DNA of 64,000 bases from Eledone cirrhosa. Taxonomy: Eukaryota. Below are positions 1 to 12,072 of the stretch, piece by piece. Position numbers and translations under genes: made by a program. Under the pieces are notes generated by a model that had not been told where the DNA came from, made no database searches, and saw nothing but the letters and a program-made list of their open reading frames with translations. Position 1 is the first letter of the stretch; every line of letters starts with the position of its first letter. Location: assembly GCA_964016885.1 (NCBI GenBank), contig OZ024740.1, positions 407,774,001 through 407,838,000 of the forward strand, in the 5' to 3' direction.

Positions 1-326
<326 letters not shown>

Positions 327-447
327 GGAGGTGAGTTTTATTGTAGTACAATAAAGCAATGCAGATATCGGATAAGAAGCACTCTACAGTTTGTAGGACT
401 GGAGTATACATCATATAAGATCAAAAGATGGTTAAAGGAGTTCCATG

Positions 448-518
448 TATTTTATTATACGCATTTCAAAAACAAACATTATCATGCAATAATATTTGTG
501 TTTTCATCAGATAAAACA
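448..518 (-). ncRNA. Minimal type I hammerhead ribozyme
   Basis: Minus strand: TGTTTTAT-CTGATGA-[36 nt hairpin]-GAAA-TGCGTA-TA/ATAAAATA. Intact core, 8-bp stem I, near-palindromic stem III. Confidence 0.85.
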
Positions 519-1537
519 GGAGAACATGATATGAAGGCTAAAAAACACTTGTGGATAGTGCAGTTTTAAATCTACATATGAAAAGTGGTTTTAGATTGAT
601 GTGTGATATTGGGAAAAATATTTTATTTAGAGAGGGGGGGGTGGAAAGGATGAAAAAGGGGAGGAGATGAGAGGGAGAGATGGGTGATAGAGAGAAAGAG
701 ATAGTTTTTATAACTGAGAGGAGATATATTGTTTTACATAGAGAGGTTGAAAACCGTTGGAAGATAATGTATAAATTAAAAAAAATTTGAAAATTAACGA
801 AGGGAGGATATGTGCGAGGAAAAAATATTTTATTTAGGGAGGGTAATGTGGAAAGGATGAGAAAAGGGGGAGGAGATGAGAGTGAAGGTGGAGAGGGAGA
901 GATGGGTGATAGAGAGAAAGAGATAGTTTTTATAACTGAGAAAAAGATATATTGTTTTACATAGAGAGGTTGAGAACCGTTGGAAGATAATGTATAAATT
1001 AAAGGAATTTGAAAATTAACGAAGGGAATTTATGTATGAAGATAGAGAGAAAAAATAATAAATGTGGATGAATATTCTAACGTCAAAAAAAGTGTATGTT
1101 GATAAGTATTGTGGCAATTTCAAAATTAACGAAGAGAAAAATTATTAAGGTTTGTGTGTAGAAGGATTTGAGAAAAATAATGTGAAGTTAAAGTTTGTAT
1201 ATTGAAGGAATTGATAATATATGCGAATAAAGAGTTAATATGTATTAAGAATGAGTTCGTTGATGGGGAGAAAAAAATAATAAATTAAGGATGAAATTGA
1301 GATTAAAAAGATTTATGATAGAGAGAAAAAATAATAATGATTGCGGATGAATATTCTAACGTCAAAAAAACAAATGTATATGTTATGAAGGATTTTACAA
1401 GGTGAAGATAGAATGAGGGTAATGAGTAAACAAGTATTATAGAATGTATAATGCCCTTTAAAGTAAGGGTATATTTTAAAGAGGTGTATGTATATGTGCC
1501 TTTGAGAAAAGATTCTAAATTGATAACGAATTGAATA

Positions 1538-2671
1538 TTAACTGTATACTTTGTGAAAAGTCCTATGGAATTTATGCAGGCAGATAGAAAACAAATCTGT
1601 ACGTCTATTTATTATAGAATCTAGGTTAGAGATAATGGTAAATTTTTCATTTAGGCAGAGATTACAGATTTGAGATAGAGAGCTGTTCAAGTATGAGGAT
1701 GCAGAAGAAACCTTCTTCCAAAAGATGGTATATGTAATGTTTTTGTCTTTTAAGGACCATATGAGTTCTGAGAGAGCAGTGTTGGTTCTTTTAAGTTTGT
1801 ATTTGAAAAATGAATGATGATTATAGAGACGAGCTTTAAAAGAGGTGGAAGTGGAGCCAAAATAGGTGAAGGAATTGGTGCTAGTTATAATTTTACATTC
1901 ATAAATTAAGTTTTTATCGAGACAATGGTTGTTGAGAGGACATTTATTTTTAATGCGGCATTTGCAATTAGAGAGATTATTAATGAGTGACCTAGTGTTA
2001 TCTATAGAAGGAATTGGATTGGAGAAGTTGTTTGCGATAGGAATAATAGGAATAATAGTTTCTTGATTTAGAGTTGGATTATGAACATTTAGCGAAGTTG
2101 TGTTTGACGTTGTATTTGGGTTTACATAAGTTAGCCTAGGGTTTACAATGACGTCGGGAGTACTATTACTGTTATTATGAAATTCAATGTTGGAAGGAAG
2201 AGATTTAGTATTTAGTATTTTATTGTTGTGTTTAGAGATGATGTTGCAAATATTGGAGGATGTAGAATAAGAAAATTTGATGGTGTGTTTGTTAAATATT
2301 TTACTCTAGATATGTGAGGGAGGGAAGCATTTATTTAAGGCACTAAAAAATAATTTAGGAATATTGTTATTAATAGAGATGGAGAAAGGAGCATTATACC
2401 AGATTATGATTTTGTATCTAGGTCTTTTATTAAAATTATTGGAATGATCATGATTAATTATTCTACTGTAAGTTTTTTTAGAATTTGTTTCTTTACTATA
2501 TTTGATTTTATCTGGATAGCCGGCTTTAGAAAGTGCGTTATTATAGTAATTGGCGTTAGCATCAAAGATGTTTTTATTAGAGGATATGTTAGATATTCTT
2601 TTTCCAATATTACTAACTATAGCATTCTTGATATTGGTAGGATGGTTAGATTTAAAGTTAACATAATTTAG
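1538..2671 (-). pseudogene. PLE ORF C-terminal part (RT thumb, linker, GIY-YIG endonuclease, terminal Cys/His motif), one internal TAG
   Basis: Manual translation; absent from the ORF track because it has no Met. LNYVNFKSNHPTNIK...IIWYNAPFS...FNKHTIKFSYS...CKCRIKNKCPLNNHCLDKNLIYECKI...TYFGSTSTSFKARLYNH...ICNLCLNEK...LFSICLHK. Stop at 2306-2308. Confidence 0.9.
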
Positions 2672-2947
2672 TTTTCAAATTTTTTTTATTTTATAAATTA
2701 TCTTCCAACGGTTTTCAACCTCTCTATGTAAAACAATATATCTCCTCTCAGTTATAAAAACTATCTCTTTCTCTCTATCACCCATCTCTCCCTCTCATCT
2801 CCTCCCCTTTTTCATCCTTTCCACCCCCCCCCTCTCTAAATAAAATATTTTCCCCAATATCACACATCAATCTAAAACCACTTTTCATATGTTGATTTAA
2901 AACTGCACTATCCACAAGTGTTTTTTAGCCTTCATATCATGTTCTCC

Positions 2948-3018
2948 TGTTTTATCTTATGAAAACACAAATATTATTGCATGATGATGTTTGTTTTTGA
3001 AATGCGCATAATAAAATA
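2948..3018 (+). ncRNA. Hammerhead copy in the inverted pseudo-LTR, core mutated (CTTATGA)
   Basis: TGTTTTAT-CTTATGA-hairpin-GAAA-TGCGCA-TA/ATAAAATA. G-to-T change at 2958 in the catalytic core. Confidence 0.75.
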
Positions 3019-3065
3019 CATGGAACTCCTTTAACCATCTTTTGATCTTATATTATATATATATA

Positions 3066-6000
3066 TCATCATCATCATCATCATCATTTCACGTCCGCTT
3101 ATCCCTGCTTGCAAGGGTGGGACGGGTCTTATTCAGCACAGCATCTCTCCACTCGTCACGGTCCCTCGTCATCTCCACCGTGAGCTTCAATGATCTGAGG
3201 TCTGTTCTCACCACCTCCGCCCATGTTTTTCGTGGTCTACCTCTACCACGTCTTCCTTCAACTGGCAATTCCTGGCACTTCTTCACCCATCGGTCATCCT
3301 CCATGCGCATCACATGTCCATACCACCTCAGTCTCCTCTCCCGTACACTACGTTCTATCCCTCTCAGACACAATTTCTCTCTCAACACATTTATGCTGGG
3401 TCGTTCACGCACATTTACACTGCACATCCAACGGAGCATGCTTGCCTCATTTCTCTCCAGCCGTCGCATATCCTCTGCAGTTGCTGCCCATGTCTCACTA
3501 CCATGCAGCATCGCGCTCCTCACACAGGCATCATACAACCGGCCTTTCGTACGCAGGGAGAAACCCTTCTTCGTCAACAGAGGAAGCAGCTCCCTAAACT
3601 TCTTCCAACCCGTCCTTATTCTAGATACTATGGCCTCGGAACACCCTCCTCCCATGCTAATCTGATCTCCTAGCTACCGGAAGCTATCCACCACTTCTAT
3701 AGCGCCCTCTTGCATTTGAAAAATGTGTCTATCAGTGCGACTTCTACTGTCTAATTTCCCTGTACATCTACTGCATACATATTTCTCTGTTAGTTTGCCT
3801 GCTATCCTGCTACATCTCTTGTGTACCCAGGATCTGCATTGTGTGCATTTTATAGAATTTATGCCAGTTCCTTTTCTGCATATCGAACATGGCCATTTCC
3901 CTGACGGAATCAGGGTTTTGTCCTCTTTTCTACTCATCAACACTTTTGTCTTAGCTAGATTCACTCTCAGTCCTCTTGCTTCCAACTGCTGTTTCCATAG
4001 CCAGAATTTATTCTCTAGCTCCTCTACTGATTCTGCTATAAGAACCAGATCGTCAGTGTAGAGAAGTTCCCATGGATATCCAGTCTTAAACTCCTCTGTT
4101 ATGGCTTGGAGGACTATAATGAACAAGAGCGGGCTGAGGACCGAACCCTGATGTACTCCTACTTGTATCTGGAATTCCTCACTAAACTCCATTCCTACCC
4201 TGACTTTACTGAGAGTACCTCTGTACAAAGTTTGCACTGTCCTCACAAGCCATTCCTCAACACCTAGCTTCCTTAGGGACCACCAGATGACAGATCGGGG
4301 TACCCTATCAAAGGCCTTCTCTAGGTCAAAAAAGGCTAAGTATAGTGGCTTATTCTTCTCTAAGAACCTCTCTTGCAATTGTCTCACCAAGAAGAGGGCA
4401 TCTGTTGTACTCTTCCCAGGCACAAAACGAAACTGCATCTCATCTAGTTTGACCCTTTCTCTAATTAGTTGTGCTAAAATCCTTTCTGCCACTTTCATAA
4501 CCTGATCTATCAGTTTTATACCCCTATAATTGCTCCTCTCCAAAGCATCCCCTTTAACTTTGTAGCAATTTATGAGAATACTGCTGCACCAGTCTTTGGG
4601 TATGACACCACCATATATAGCCTGATTGATGATGCGTGCAACCAGTTTAGTGCCTACGTCCCCTGATGCCTTCAGCATCTCAGCAACTATTCCCGATGGT
4701 CCGGCAGCCTTACCATTTTTCATTTCGCTAATCGCCTCTTGGACCCTATATTCGTCAATCTCAATAGCTCGTCCCTCTGTCGGATCCACCAAGGGTAATT
4801 TCTCCACATTCATCAGTCTCTCATAATGACATTTCCAGGCCTCCTTTTTCTGATCATTCGTGACACTAAGTACACCGGCATCATCCCAGACACATTTATC
4901 TCCAACAACATCCTGATTTGCATTGACACACTGCCTTGCAATGTGGAACACCGCACGCCTCTGATCTTCCCGTCGCAGAACATTGGCAAACCTCCTACTC
5001 TCTGCCTCCCTGCGTGCTAAGTACACCTGACGTCTAGCTTCTCTCTTAGTGGCTGTATATTCTTCCCTACTCCCACCCTTTTTCCAAGCCTTTCATGCTA
5101 GTCTTTTGTCTCTAATAGCCTTATCTACTGTGCTGTTTCACCACCAGGGGGTCACTCTCTGTCTGGTTGGAGCTCTGCTCCAGCCACAGGTTTCATCAGT
5201 AGCCTGCAGCAAGTTGTCACGTAAGAAATTCCAGTTATTATCTATGTCATACGTGTCTAAATCGTCTTCTTTTTCGTCATATACATCTTGAAGGGCTTTC
5301 CTAAATTTGTATTTTAGTGAAAGGTCTTTTAGCTTCCAGACCTTTCTTCTCCACACCTTCCTATATGTCTCATTCCATCTCTTGCTTACTGAGATATCAC
5401 TAACAACTAACCTATGCTGTGGGGTACATTCTTCCCCAGGGTATGCCTTGGTATTAGACACTATCTGCCTGTCCCGCTGCCTAACTAGTAAGAAGTCAAT
5501 CTGGCTTATGTGCTCACCAGATTTGTAGGTTATTAGGTGATTGGCAGGTTTCTGGAAGTTTGTGTTGCAAATAGTCAATGTACCCGCATCACAAAATTCA
5601 AGAAGTCTCACTACTTCTTCATTTCTTAAACCGTAACCGTGCCCACCATGTACCCCAGTGTAACCATCCTGGAGCTGTCCAACATGACCATTGAAGTCTC
5701 CTGCTAGCATAACGATGTCTCCGTCCTCTGTCATTGCGGTTGTTTGCAAAAGTTGCTCATAAAAGCAGTCTTTCTCATCTTTGCCCAGGCCTGCTTGGGG
5801 AGCATAGACCGAGATGATTGTCAGTAGTCTCCTACCTACAACTAATCTAAGCTTAATTATTCGATTACTAACTCAAACTACCTCTATTGTCTTATTGATC
5901 CATTTCTCAGCCAGGAAAATGCCTACTCCCCCTAGCCCATCATCCTTACCTACCCAGAATAGCTTATAGCTAAGACGCTTGCCTACGACTAGTCTCGCAG

Positions 6001-6433
6001 AGGCACCTCTCCATCTCACCTCTTGCACGCAGCACACATCCACCTGCCTTCTCTCCAGCATCTCCGCTATTTCAGCAGATCTACCTCTGAGAGTGCCAAC
6101 ATTAAGTGTTGCAACTCTGAGATGCGATGTTGTTGTTCCTATTTGTTGCTGTGCTAATAAGAATTTTGGCATTGATACACTGGCTGGATGCCCTTCCTAA
6201 CACCAGCGCCACTTTACAGCATGGACTGGGTGCTTTTATTTGTGCCACCAGCACTAGAGAGGATGTTTTACTAGACTCAAGGGCCCTCTCTACCCCTCCA
6301 TTTTACAGCATGGTCATAAAAAAAAAAAAAAAAAAAAACTTATTGACATGACGCACACAGAAACACTCACACACCAACACTCATGCATACAAACCACAAC
6401 CACACACACGCCACTCACATACCAATACTCATT
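3066..6433 (-). mobile_element. RTE-clade LINE, subfamily A, near full length, disrupted (copy A1)
   Basis: ORF pieces 5873-6172 (APE: VATLNVGTL, CVQEVRW), 5138-5749 (GDFNGH, SQIDF), 3674-5026 (RT, YTDD), 3089-3655. (GAT)n tail directly after the stop. 5' extent taken from identity with copy A2. Confidence 0.95.
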
Positions 6434-6619
6434 CATGCATACAATCACACACACCACTCACAAACACACATATATATACATCACCGACAGTACTGATACA
6501 AATACAAAATCAAAATCAAAATCATCAAAATCAAAATCAATATTATGTCAACTGTTGACCTTTCCCAGTCCAGTTCAGCTTGTATATAATAACAATAATA
6601 ATTGTTTGCTTTACGCTGG

Positions 6620-6925
6620 TAATGGCATTGGTGCCAGTGTGGTGGTGGTGGATGGCGTCAGTGTGGTGTTGGTGGACTGTCAGTGATGGTGGTTGTAGTT
6701 GTTGTCGTTGTTGCTGTTGTCGCTGTTGTTGTTGTTCTTCATTTCACTGCTGCTGTTGCTGCAGACAATGGTGTTGATGCTGTTATTGCTGTCGCATATA
6801 TACAAACACACACATACACACACATTCAACACAGACAATGGTGTTGTTGCCGTTGTTGTTGGTGGTGTTGCTACTGTTGTTGTTGTTGGTGTTGCTGCTG
6901 TTGTTGTTGTAGTTGTTGCTGTGTT
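6620..6925. repeat. (GTT/GCT/GGT)n low-complexity repeat
   Basis: Direct inspection. Confidence 0.85.
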
Positions 6926-7239
6926 GAAATCTGGTCGCATCCATACATATACACACACATATATATATGTATATACACATACATACATCAAAAGAGTCAG
7001 CAGTATGTCAACAGGGAACAGGGAACAGGTCAGCCACCTTAGATAGAGTAATGAGTACTGTGGTGATGGTGGGGAGCGAGTGTAGCCGTTATTGTTATTG
7101 TGGTGGCGGGGGGGGGGGGGGGGTCAGTGAGATGTACAAGTTCATAGATCACTTGTCTCTTTTCCTCTATCTTCAAAATTTTGAATTTATGGTCTTTTGC
7201 AATGGCGGACAAGTATATATAATATATATATATGAAGCA

Positions 7240-7320
<81 letters not shown>

Positions 7321-7329
7321 CATATATAT

Positions 7330-9651
7330 CATCATCATCATCATCAGGTTTAGCGTCCGTGTTCCACGCTTGCATGGGTTTGGACGGGGGTTTTCCCACT
7401 TGAGGCAAGAGTGGTTGTCTTGCTCGCATAGGACTGTCTGGCGGGTTTTCTACAGTTGGATGCCCTTCCTAACACCAACCACATTTACAGTGTGGGGCTG
7501 GGAGGTTTTTACCGTGTTGCCTACACGGCCACATTACAGCGTGGACTGTCTGGCGGGTTTTCTACAGCTGGATGCCCTTCCTAACACCAACCACATTTAC
7601 AGTGTGGGGCTGGGAGATTTTTACCGTGTTGCCTACACGGCCACATTTACAGCGTGGACTGTGTGTTTTTTTGTCGTGACATCTACACGATCTCATTTGT
7701 TTCGGCCTGGATGTTGTGGGACCAACATAACTTTACATTGAAAGGGGCGGTGTGGATGGGGTGGAGGTGGTGGGACGGGGGGTGTTTTGATAGAGATGCC
7801 TACTGACTGTAGTAGGTTTTTACTTTGTATTTAGGTAAGGCGGGTCTTCTCTATTACTGAGTACCGCCAAAGGTCTCGGTCCAGTGACATTGTCTTGGAG
7901 AGGTGTAAGCGTGTGAGGTCGGAATTTATCAGCTCGTCCCATGTTTTTTCTGGGTCTGCCTACTCCGTGGCTACCGTCTATCTTTATTTCCCTGCACTTT
8001 GTTATACAGCTGTCGTCTTTCATGCGCATCACGTGACCGTACCAACGTAGCCTTCTCTCGAGTAAACAACATCTGATCCCTCTTATTTCTAATTTTTTCC
8101 TTAGTTCGTTTATGCTTTGCCGTTCACGTATATTACTATTGCACATCCAGCGGAGCATGCAAGCTTCGTTCCTCTCTAGTCTGCGTATATCCTCTGCACA
8201 CAATGCCCAGGTCTCACTGCCATGCAGCATTGCTGTTCGTATGGAGGCATCGTATAACCTGCCTTTCATTTTTAGGGAGAACCCTCTAGCGGCTAATAGT
8301 GGTATAAGCTCTCTGAACTTTTTCCATCCAGTTCTGACTCTAGCTACTGTACTTTCAGAGCACCCTCCCCCACTGTTGATTTTGTCACCCAGGTAACGGA
8401 AGCTGTCCACTATTTCTATAGAACCCTCTGCGCAGTTGAAGGAGCTAGTATTTTGTGGGCACTTGCTGCTACTTATTGCACCAGAGCACCGGCCATATGT
8501 AAAATCTATGTTCTTAGTTAGCTTACCTGTGATCCCACTACATCTTTTATGCACCCATACTTTGCATTTGGGACATAAAATAGAGTTTCTACCTACGCCT
8601 TTCCTACACACTGAGCATGTCCATTTCCCAGAAGGGACCGCCGCCTTATTTTCTTTCCTACAAACTAGAACTTTAGTCTTAGCCAGGTTAATTTTAAGGC
8701 CTTTTGATTCTAGGCCGTGCTTCCATGTTTGGAATTTCTTCTCTAGTTCGGTCATTGATTCAGCTATGAGCATTAGATCATCTGCGTATAGGAGTTCCCA
8801 TGGGCAGCCGGGCTTGAACTCCTCTGTTATAGCCTGAAGGGCAATAATAAATAGTAGGGGGCTAAGAACAGAGCCCTGATGGACACCAACTTTTACGCTA
8901 AACTCTTCACTATATTCGTTGTTAATTCTAACCTTACTGACTGTTTCTTTATACATGGCTTGTATAGCTCTCACAAGCCATTTGTTGACACCTAGTTTTC
9001 TAAGAGACCACCAGATAATGGAACGGGGGACTCTGTCGAAGGCTTTCTCCAAGTCGACGAAAGCTAAGTATAGGGGTTTACTTTTAGCTAGGTACTTCTC
9101 CTGTAGTTGTCGTACAATGAAAAGAGCGTCTGTGGTACTTTTGCCTGACACAAACCCGAACTGCATTTCATCTAGATCAATTCTCTCTCTGATTAGTTGC
9201 GCTATTACTTTTTCCGTGACCTTCATGACCTGGTCGATTAATTTAATGCCTCTATAGTTACTCCTATCTAGGGCATCTCCTTTTCCCTTATAGCAGTTAA
9301 CGATGATGCTGCTACGCCAGTCCTTCGGAACAACCCCATTCTGTACGACTTGGTTAACTATCCAGGTGACCATGGTGTGTCCCACCGAACCAGATGCCTT
9401 CAGCATCTCAGCAACTATTTCCGAAGGACCAGCCGCCTTACCCGTCTTCATATCTTTGATTGCCTTGCTTAATGTACTACCCTGGCCTAACACTGCTGGT
9501 CCCTCTATTGGGTCGATGTGGGGGAGACTGTCTTTCTCCCATTTGTTCTCCTCATTTAGAAGCCTTTCATAGTGACACTTCCAAGCTACCTTCTTATCAG
9601 CATCGGTTATGGCAAGTATGCCATCATCGTTAAGTACACACTTCTCCCCGA
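7330..9651 (-). mobile_element. RTE LINE subfamily C, 5'-truncated
   Basis: RT ORF (YADD) nearly identical to the 3' part of 44334-47579. Homology stops at the (TA)n at 9652. Frameshift near 7945. 3' UTR has a 112-bp duplication and a (GAT)n tail. Confidence 0.95.
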
Positions 9652-9652
9652 C

Positions 9653-9738
<86 letters not shown>

Positions 9739-9920
9739 ATGAAGGCATACCATATTTTAATTTGGTATCCCTGAAATATGTATAATGAAATAAATATGGT
9801 TTTATAAATATAGTTTCCATTTATTTAATATCATATATATATATATATATACATATATATATACATATATATATATACATATATATATATACATATATAT
9901 ATATACATATATATATATAC

Positions 9921-10018
<98 letters not shown>

Positions 10019-10019
10019 C

Positions 10020-10053
<34 letters not shown>

Positions 10054-10054
10054 C

Positions 10055-10488
<434 letters not shown>

Positions 10489-10533
10489 CATATATATATA
10501 TGTATATATATATATATACATATATATATATAC

Positions 10534-10588
<55 letters not shown>

Positions 10589-10715
10589 CATAAAAATATA
10601 TATACATATATATATATACATATATATACATATAAAATACATATATATATATATATACATATATATATACATAGATACATCTCTCTCTCTCTCCCTCTCT
10701 CTCTCTCTCTATATA

Positions 10716-10826
<111 letters not shown>

Positions 10827-10946
10827 AAAAAAAGATGAAATCGAAAATGCAACTGGAGTCTTATTTTTTAAAAAATATATATATTTATTTGGTTCCTTTA
10901 CCGGTTTCGCAGTTCTTCTGCTTTTCAAAAGTATATATGTATTCAT

Positions 10947-11293
10947 GGAGGCACGTGGCTTAGTGGTTAGAGCATTGGCCTTGCAATCGAATGGTTGTAA
11001 GTTCAATTCTCAGACTGGGTGATGTGTTGTTTCTTTGAGCAAGACACTTTATTTCACATTGCTCTAGTTTACTCAGCTGTAGAAATGAGATGATAGGACT
11101 GGGGTCCCTATCATTCCACTGCAAAGTGGTCGTGGAGGTGCCACGGCAAAAAAGCACCCAGCACTCACTGTAAATGAGGTTGGTGTTAGGAAGGGCATCC
11201 AGCTGTAGAAATCAAGCCAGAATCAGTTCCTGTCCCACCCAAGCAGGGAAAAGCTGACGTAAAAATGATGATGATGATGATGATGATGATGAT
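10947..11293 (+). mobile_element. tRNA-derived CORE-SINE (family 1) with RTE-A-type tail
   Basis: A box TGGCTTAGTGG, B box GTTCAATTC, CORE-like TTGAGCAAGACACTTT...AGTTTACTCAGCTGTAGAAATGAG, RTE-derived body, (GAT)n tail. Confidence 0.9.
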
Positions 11294-11418
11294 ACATATA
11301 TCTATATACACATATCTATCTATATACATATACATATATCTATATACATAGATACATATATCTATATACATAGATACATATATCTATATATATACATAGA
11401 TACATACATCTATATATA

Positions 11419-11790
11419 CAGTGCCCCGCAAAAGTTTACAACACATTAGGAAAAATGCAGTTTTAGGTATTTTTAATAAAGTTAGGGTAATGAAAATTTA
11501 ACTACTGATAGAACATATAATGAGGCATTGAATGATACAATCATATTTTTAAAAATATAACAAGGAAATAACACATGAAGAAAAATCAATATTTTTATAA
11601 CGCAAAAGTTTACAACACATTTTATATTTATCGCTTTTTTTCAAGAAAATTCTTAAATTTTCAGATTTAAAATTCAGTAGAATGTTCTAGATTAGGTTTA
11701 AGGTAACTTCTAAGGACTATTAAAAACATTACGTCACTATTTGTCTGACAACCATCCTGTAAACATTGACAACCGTCCTGTAAACATGGA
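11419..11790 (+). mobile_element. One end of an IR/DR-type Tc1-like DNA transposon
   Basis: TA|CAGTGCCCCGCAAAAGTTTACAACAC terminus. The 21-bp direct repeat CGCAAAAGTTTACAACACATT occurs at 11427 and 11601. No partner end in the window. Confidence 0.65.
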
Positions 11791-11794
11791 CAAT

Positions 11795-12072
11795 CAGCTT
11801 ACGCACCCCAATCGGGGTTGCCAGACGAACTTAAGGATAGGTTTTACGAGTCCCTAATGCGCACTACTGCTCTAACAAACGACAATGATTTCCTAATCAT
11901 CGCAGGAGATTTTAACAGACACGTAGGTAAACACTGCGATGGCTTCAATAGAGTCCATGGAGGCCATGTGGTTGGCACAAGAAATGAGGAAGGATTCAGA
12001 CTTCTAGAATTCTGCGATGCCAATGACATGTCGATATGTAACACAAACTTCAAAAAACCCGACAACCACCTG
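11795..12072 (+). mobile_element. RTE subfamily B internal fragment (APE domain)
   Basis: Near-identical to 28711-28990 (SAYAPQSGLPDELKDRFYE...KKPDNHL). Confidence 0.92.

Larger units (their letters stand above)
327..3052 (-). mobile_element. 5'-truncated Penelope-like element (Naiad-type) with 3' pseudo-LTR and inverted 5' pseudo-LTR copy, inserted in (TA)n
   Basis: About 413-793 is the reverse complement of about 2672-3052. Between them is a minus-strand RT-thumb/GIY-YIG frame. Both arms carry a hammerhead motif. Confidence 0.9.

Noticed and set aside
612-1370. Spaced direct repeats suggestive of an array
   Set aside because: Irregular internal duplications of the PLE 3' UTR; not CRISPR-like, and the context is eukaryotic
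3042-3665. Recurrent antisense ORFs over RTE copies (e.g. 207 aa, 286 aa, 209 aa)
   Set aside because: Shadow frames of the RT coding strand; recurrence reflects copy identity, and no independent motif is present
6580-7046. Cys/Val/Thr-rich ORFs resembling metallothionein or mucin
   Set aside because: Derived from trinucleotide low-complexity repeats
10947-11020. tRNA genes at SINE heads
   Set aside because: A/B boxes are present but there is no complete cloverleaf, and each continues into a SINE body
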